This document shows positions 37,230 through 38,612 of a DNA stretch of 38,612 nucleotides, piece by piece (within the stretch, counting starts at the first letter, position 1; every line of letters starts with the position of its first letter). The notes under the pieces are model-generated. The model was given only the letters and a program-made list of their open reading frames with translations. It did no database searches and was not told the DNA's origin. A program made the position numbers and the translations under genes. The stretch spans positions 1 through 38,612 of the forward strand of contig JAEUTM010000550.1 of assembly GCA_016788025.1 (NCBI GenBank). The letters are read 5' to 3'. Source of the DNA: Bacteroidia bacterium. Lineage in GTDB: Bacteria > Bacteroidota > Bacteroidia > B-17B0 > Aurantibacillaceae.

Positions 37230-38612
37230 ATGAACCCAAAGATCTTAGCACTGTTTTTTTTAATTTCTTTTTATGTTAAGTCGCAACATAGCCAATTTAC
37301 CTGGCTTAGCGGTAACCCTACTCTGGCTGTAAGCCCAATTTATGGCACACAGGGTGTTGCTTCGGCAACAAATAATCCAGGTGCAAGATACAACTGCAGT
37401 TCATGGAAGGACAATGCGGGGTTTCTCTACTTGTTTGGCGGCACTGACAATTCAGGGGCCTCTTATAACGATCTTTGGAGATATAATACAAATACTGGAG
37501 AATACACCTGGCTGAAAGGGTCAAACTCAACAAACCAATACGGTAGTTATGGGACTCAGGGCGTTTCTTCATATACAAATACGCCAGGCGCGAGGCAAGG
37601 GGCAATGACCTGGGTTGACAATTCCGGGAATTTCTGGCTGTTTGGTGGAAAAGGTTATTCCATACCAATGGGATTTAATCTGGGCCCCGGCTATTTAAAT
37701 GACTTATGGCGCTATGATGTTTCAACCAACGAATGGACCTGGGTTTTGGGAACATCTTCTACCTATAATATTAATGGCGTTCACGGTACTCAGGGCGTGT
37801 CAACAGCTTCAAATTTTCCTGGCTCCAGGGATTTCGGTGCTACCTGGAGTGACAACTCCGGAAACTTGTGGCTGTTCGGAGGCCTGGGGTACGACGGATC
37901 TTCAAGCGCGTCCTATTCTGTTCTTAATGATCTTTGGAAATACACCATCAGTACCAATCAATGGACCTGGATGGGAGGAGATGTTTTGGCGAACTACAAC
38001 GGCGTGTACGGCACTAAAGGATTAGCCTCATCTTCAAACAAACCGGGTGCGAGGCGTAACACTGCTTTCTGGAAAGATGCCGCGGGTGATTTCTGGATGT
38101 TTGGCGGTTATGGCTTTCCAAAAAGTTTTGGAGGAACCATCGATCCTCTTAACGATCTTTGGAAGTACAGTGTTTCCACCAATGAGTGGACCTGGGTAAG
38201 TGGTTCGGATCTAAGTTATCAGGTTGGAAACTATGGTTGCATTGGAATTCGTGCTTCTACAAATGTTCCGGGGTCAAGAAGCGAGATGCTTGCCTGGAAT
38301 GACGGCAATGACGTAATCTGGATCCAGGGTGGTACTGGTCGGGGGACATCGTCTAACGGAAGTTTGAATGATCTTTGGCGTTATGAAACAAATACCAACA
38401 CCTGGACGTGGATGAAAGGAAGCTCTTCACCGGGGGTAGCAGCAATCACTGGTACTATGGGGATTCCTTCACCGCTCAACGTTCCTGGATCCGGCATAGC
38501 AACAAACTGGGTCGATAATAACGGTAAGTTCTGGGCATTTGGAAGGCCAAATAATGTAATGTGGAGTTTTACCCCTCCTTGCAGTTCCTCTACGCTAACG
38601 CCAGCAGTGATT
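37230..38612 (+). CDS. Secreted Kelch/galactose-oxidase-like beta-propeller protein (partial, runs off the window end)
   Basis: ATG at 37230, MNPKILALFFLISFYVKSQ signal peptide, then repeats GTQGV...PGAR...W-x-D-x-x-G-x-x-(W/Y)LFGG...NDLW(R/K)Y...WTW. No stop seen in this frame, which would explain its absence from the ORF track. Confidence 0.85.
   Translation, partial: MNPKILALFFLISFYVKSQHSQFTWLSGNPTLAVSPIYGTQGVASATNNPGARYNCSSWKDNAGFLYLFGGTDNSGASYNDLWRYNTNTGEYTWLKGSNSTNQYGSYGTQGVSSYTNTPGARQGAMTWVDNSGNFWLFGGKGYSIPMGFNLGPGYLNDLWRYDVSTNEWTWVLGTSSTYNINGVHGTQGVSTASNFPGSRDFGATWSDNSGNLWLFGGLGYDGSSSASYSVLNDLWKYTISTNQWTWMGGDVLANYNGVYGTKGLASSSNKPGARRNTAFWKDAAGDFWMFGGYGFPKSFGGTIDPLNDLWKYSVSTNEWTWVSGSDLSYQVGNYGCIGIRASTNVPGSRSEMLAWNDGNDVIWIQGGTGRGTSSNGSLNDLWRYETNTNTWTWMKGSSSPGVAAITGTMGIPSPLNVPGSGIATNWVDNNGKFWAFGRPNNVMWSFTPPCSSSTLTPAVI

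Noticed and set aside
37699-38025. 108-aa + strand ORF
   Set aside because: Alternative-frame shadow within the Kelch-repeat CDS that starts at 37230.
1-38612. CRISPR arrays, tRNA/rRNA, IS elements, integrases, prophage genes
   Set aside because: None recognised. Intergenic gaps are short, and the repeats seen are protein-domain repeats or short palindromes. The remaining short ORFs in the track are antisense or alternate-frame shadows.

Overview
Bacteroidota chromosomal window: T9SS cargo proteins, TAnnTTTG housekeeping promoters, no obvious Shine-Dalgarno leaders. It holds about 30 CDSs, and I recognised no rRNA, tRNA, CRISPR array or transposase. Core genes (mfd, pth, holB, cinA, mscS, a BtuFCD-like ABC transporter, a UbiD-family decarboxylase, a POT transporter) are interleaved with T9SS/envelope genes. 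Two things stand out. (1) An ECF sigma operon (sigma, membrane-anchored anti-sigma candidate with a C-terminal beta-barrel, PKD lipoprotein, poly-PKD T9SS cargo). The motif CCCAACT-N16-TGTA lies upstream of the sigma gene and recurs with identical spacing 3 nt after the last stop codon. The second copy precedes a ~100-nt three-hairpin, terminator-ended unit that looks like an unannotated sigma-dependent sRNA. (2) A transaldolase/FSA-fold enzyme with a remodelled active site, fused to a KdsD-like CBS pair and placed directly upstream of a KdsC-like phosphatase. All functional calls come from motif recognition by eye, and no database searches were run.
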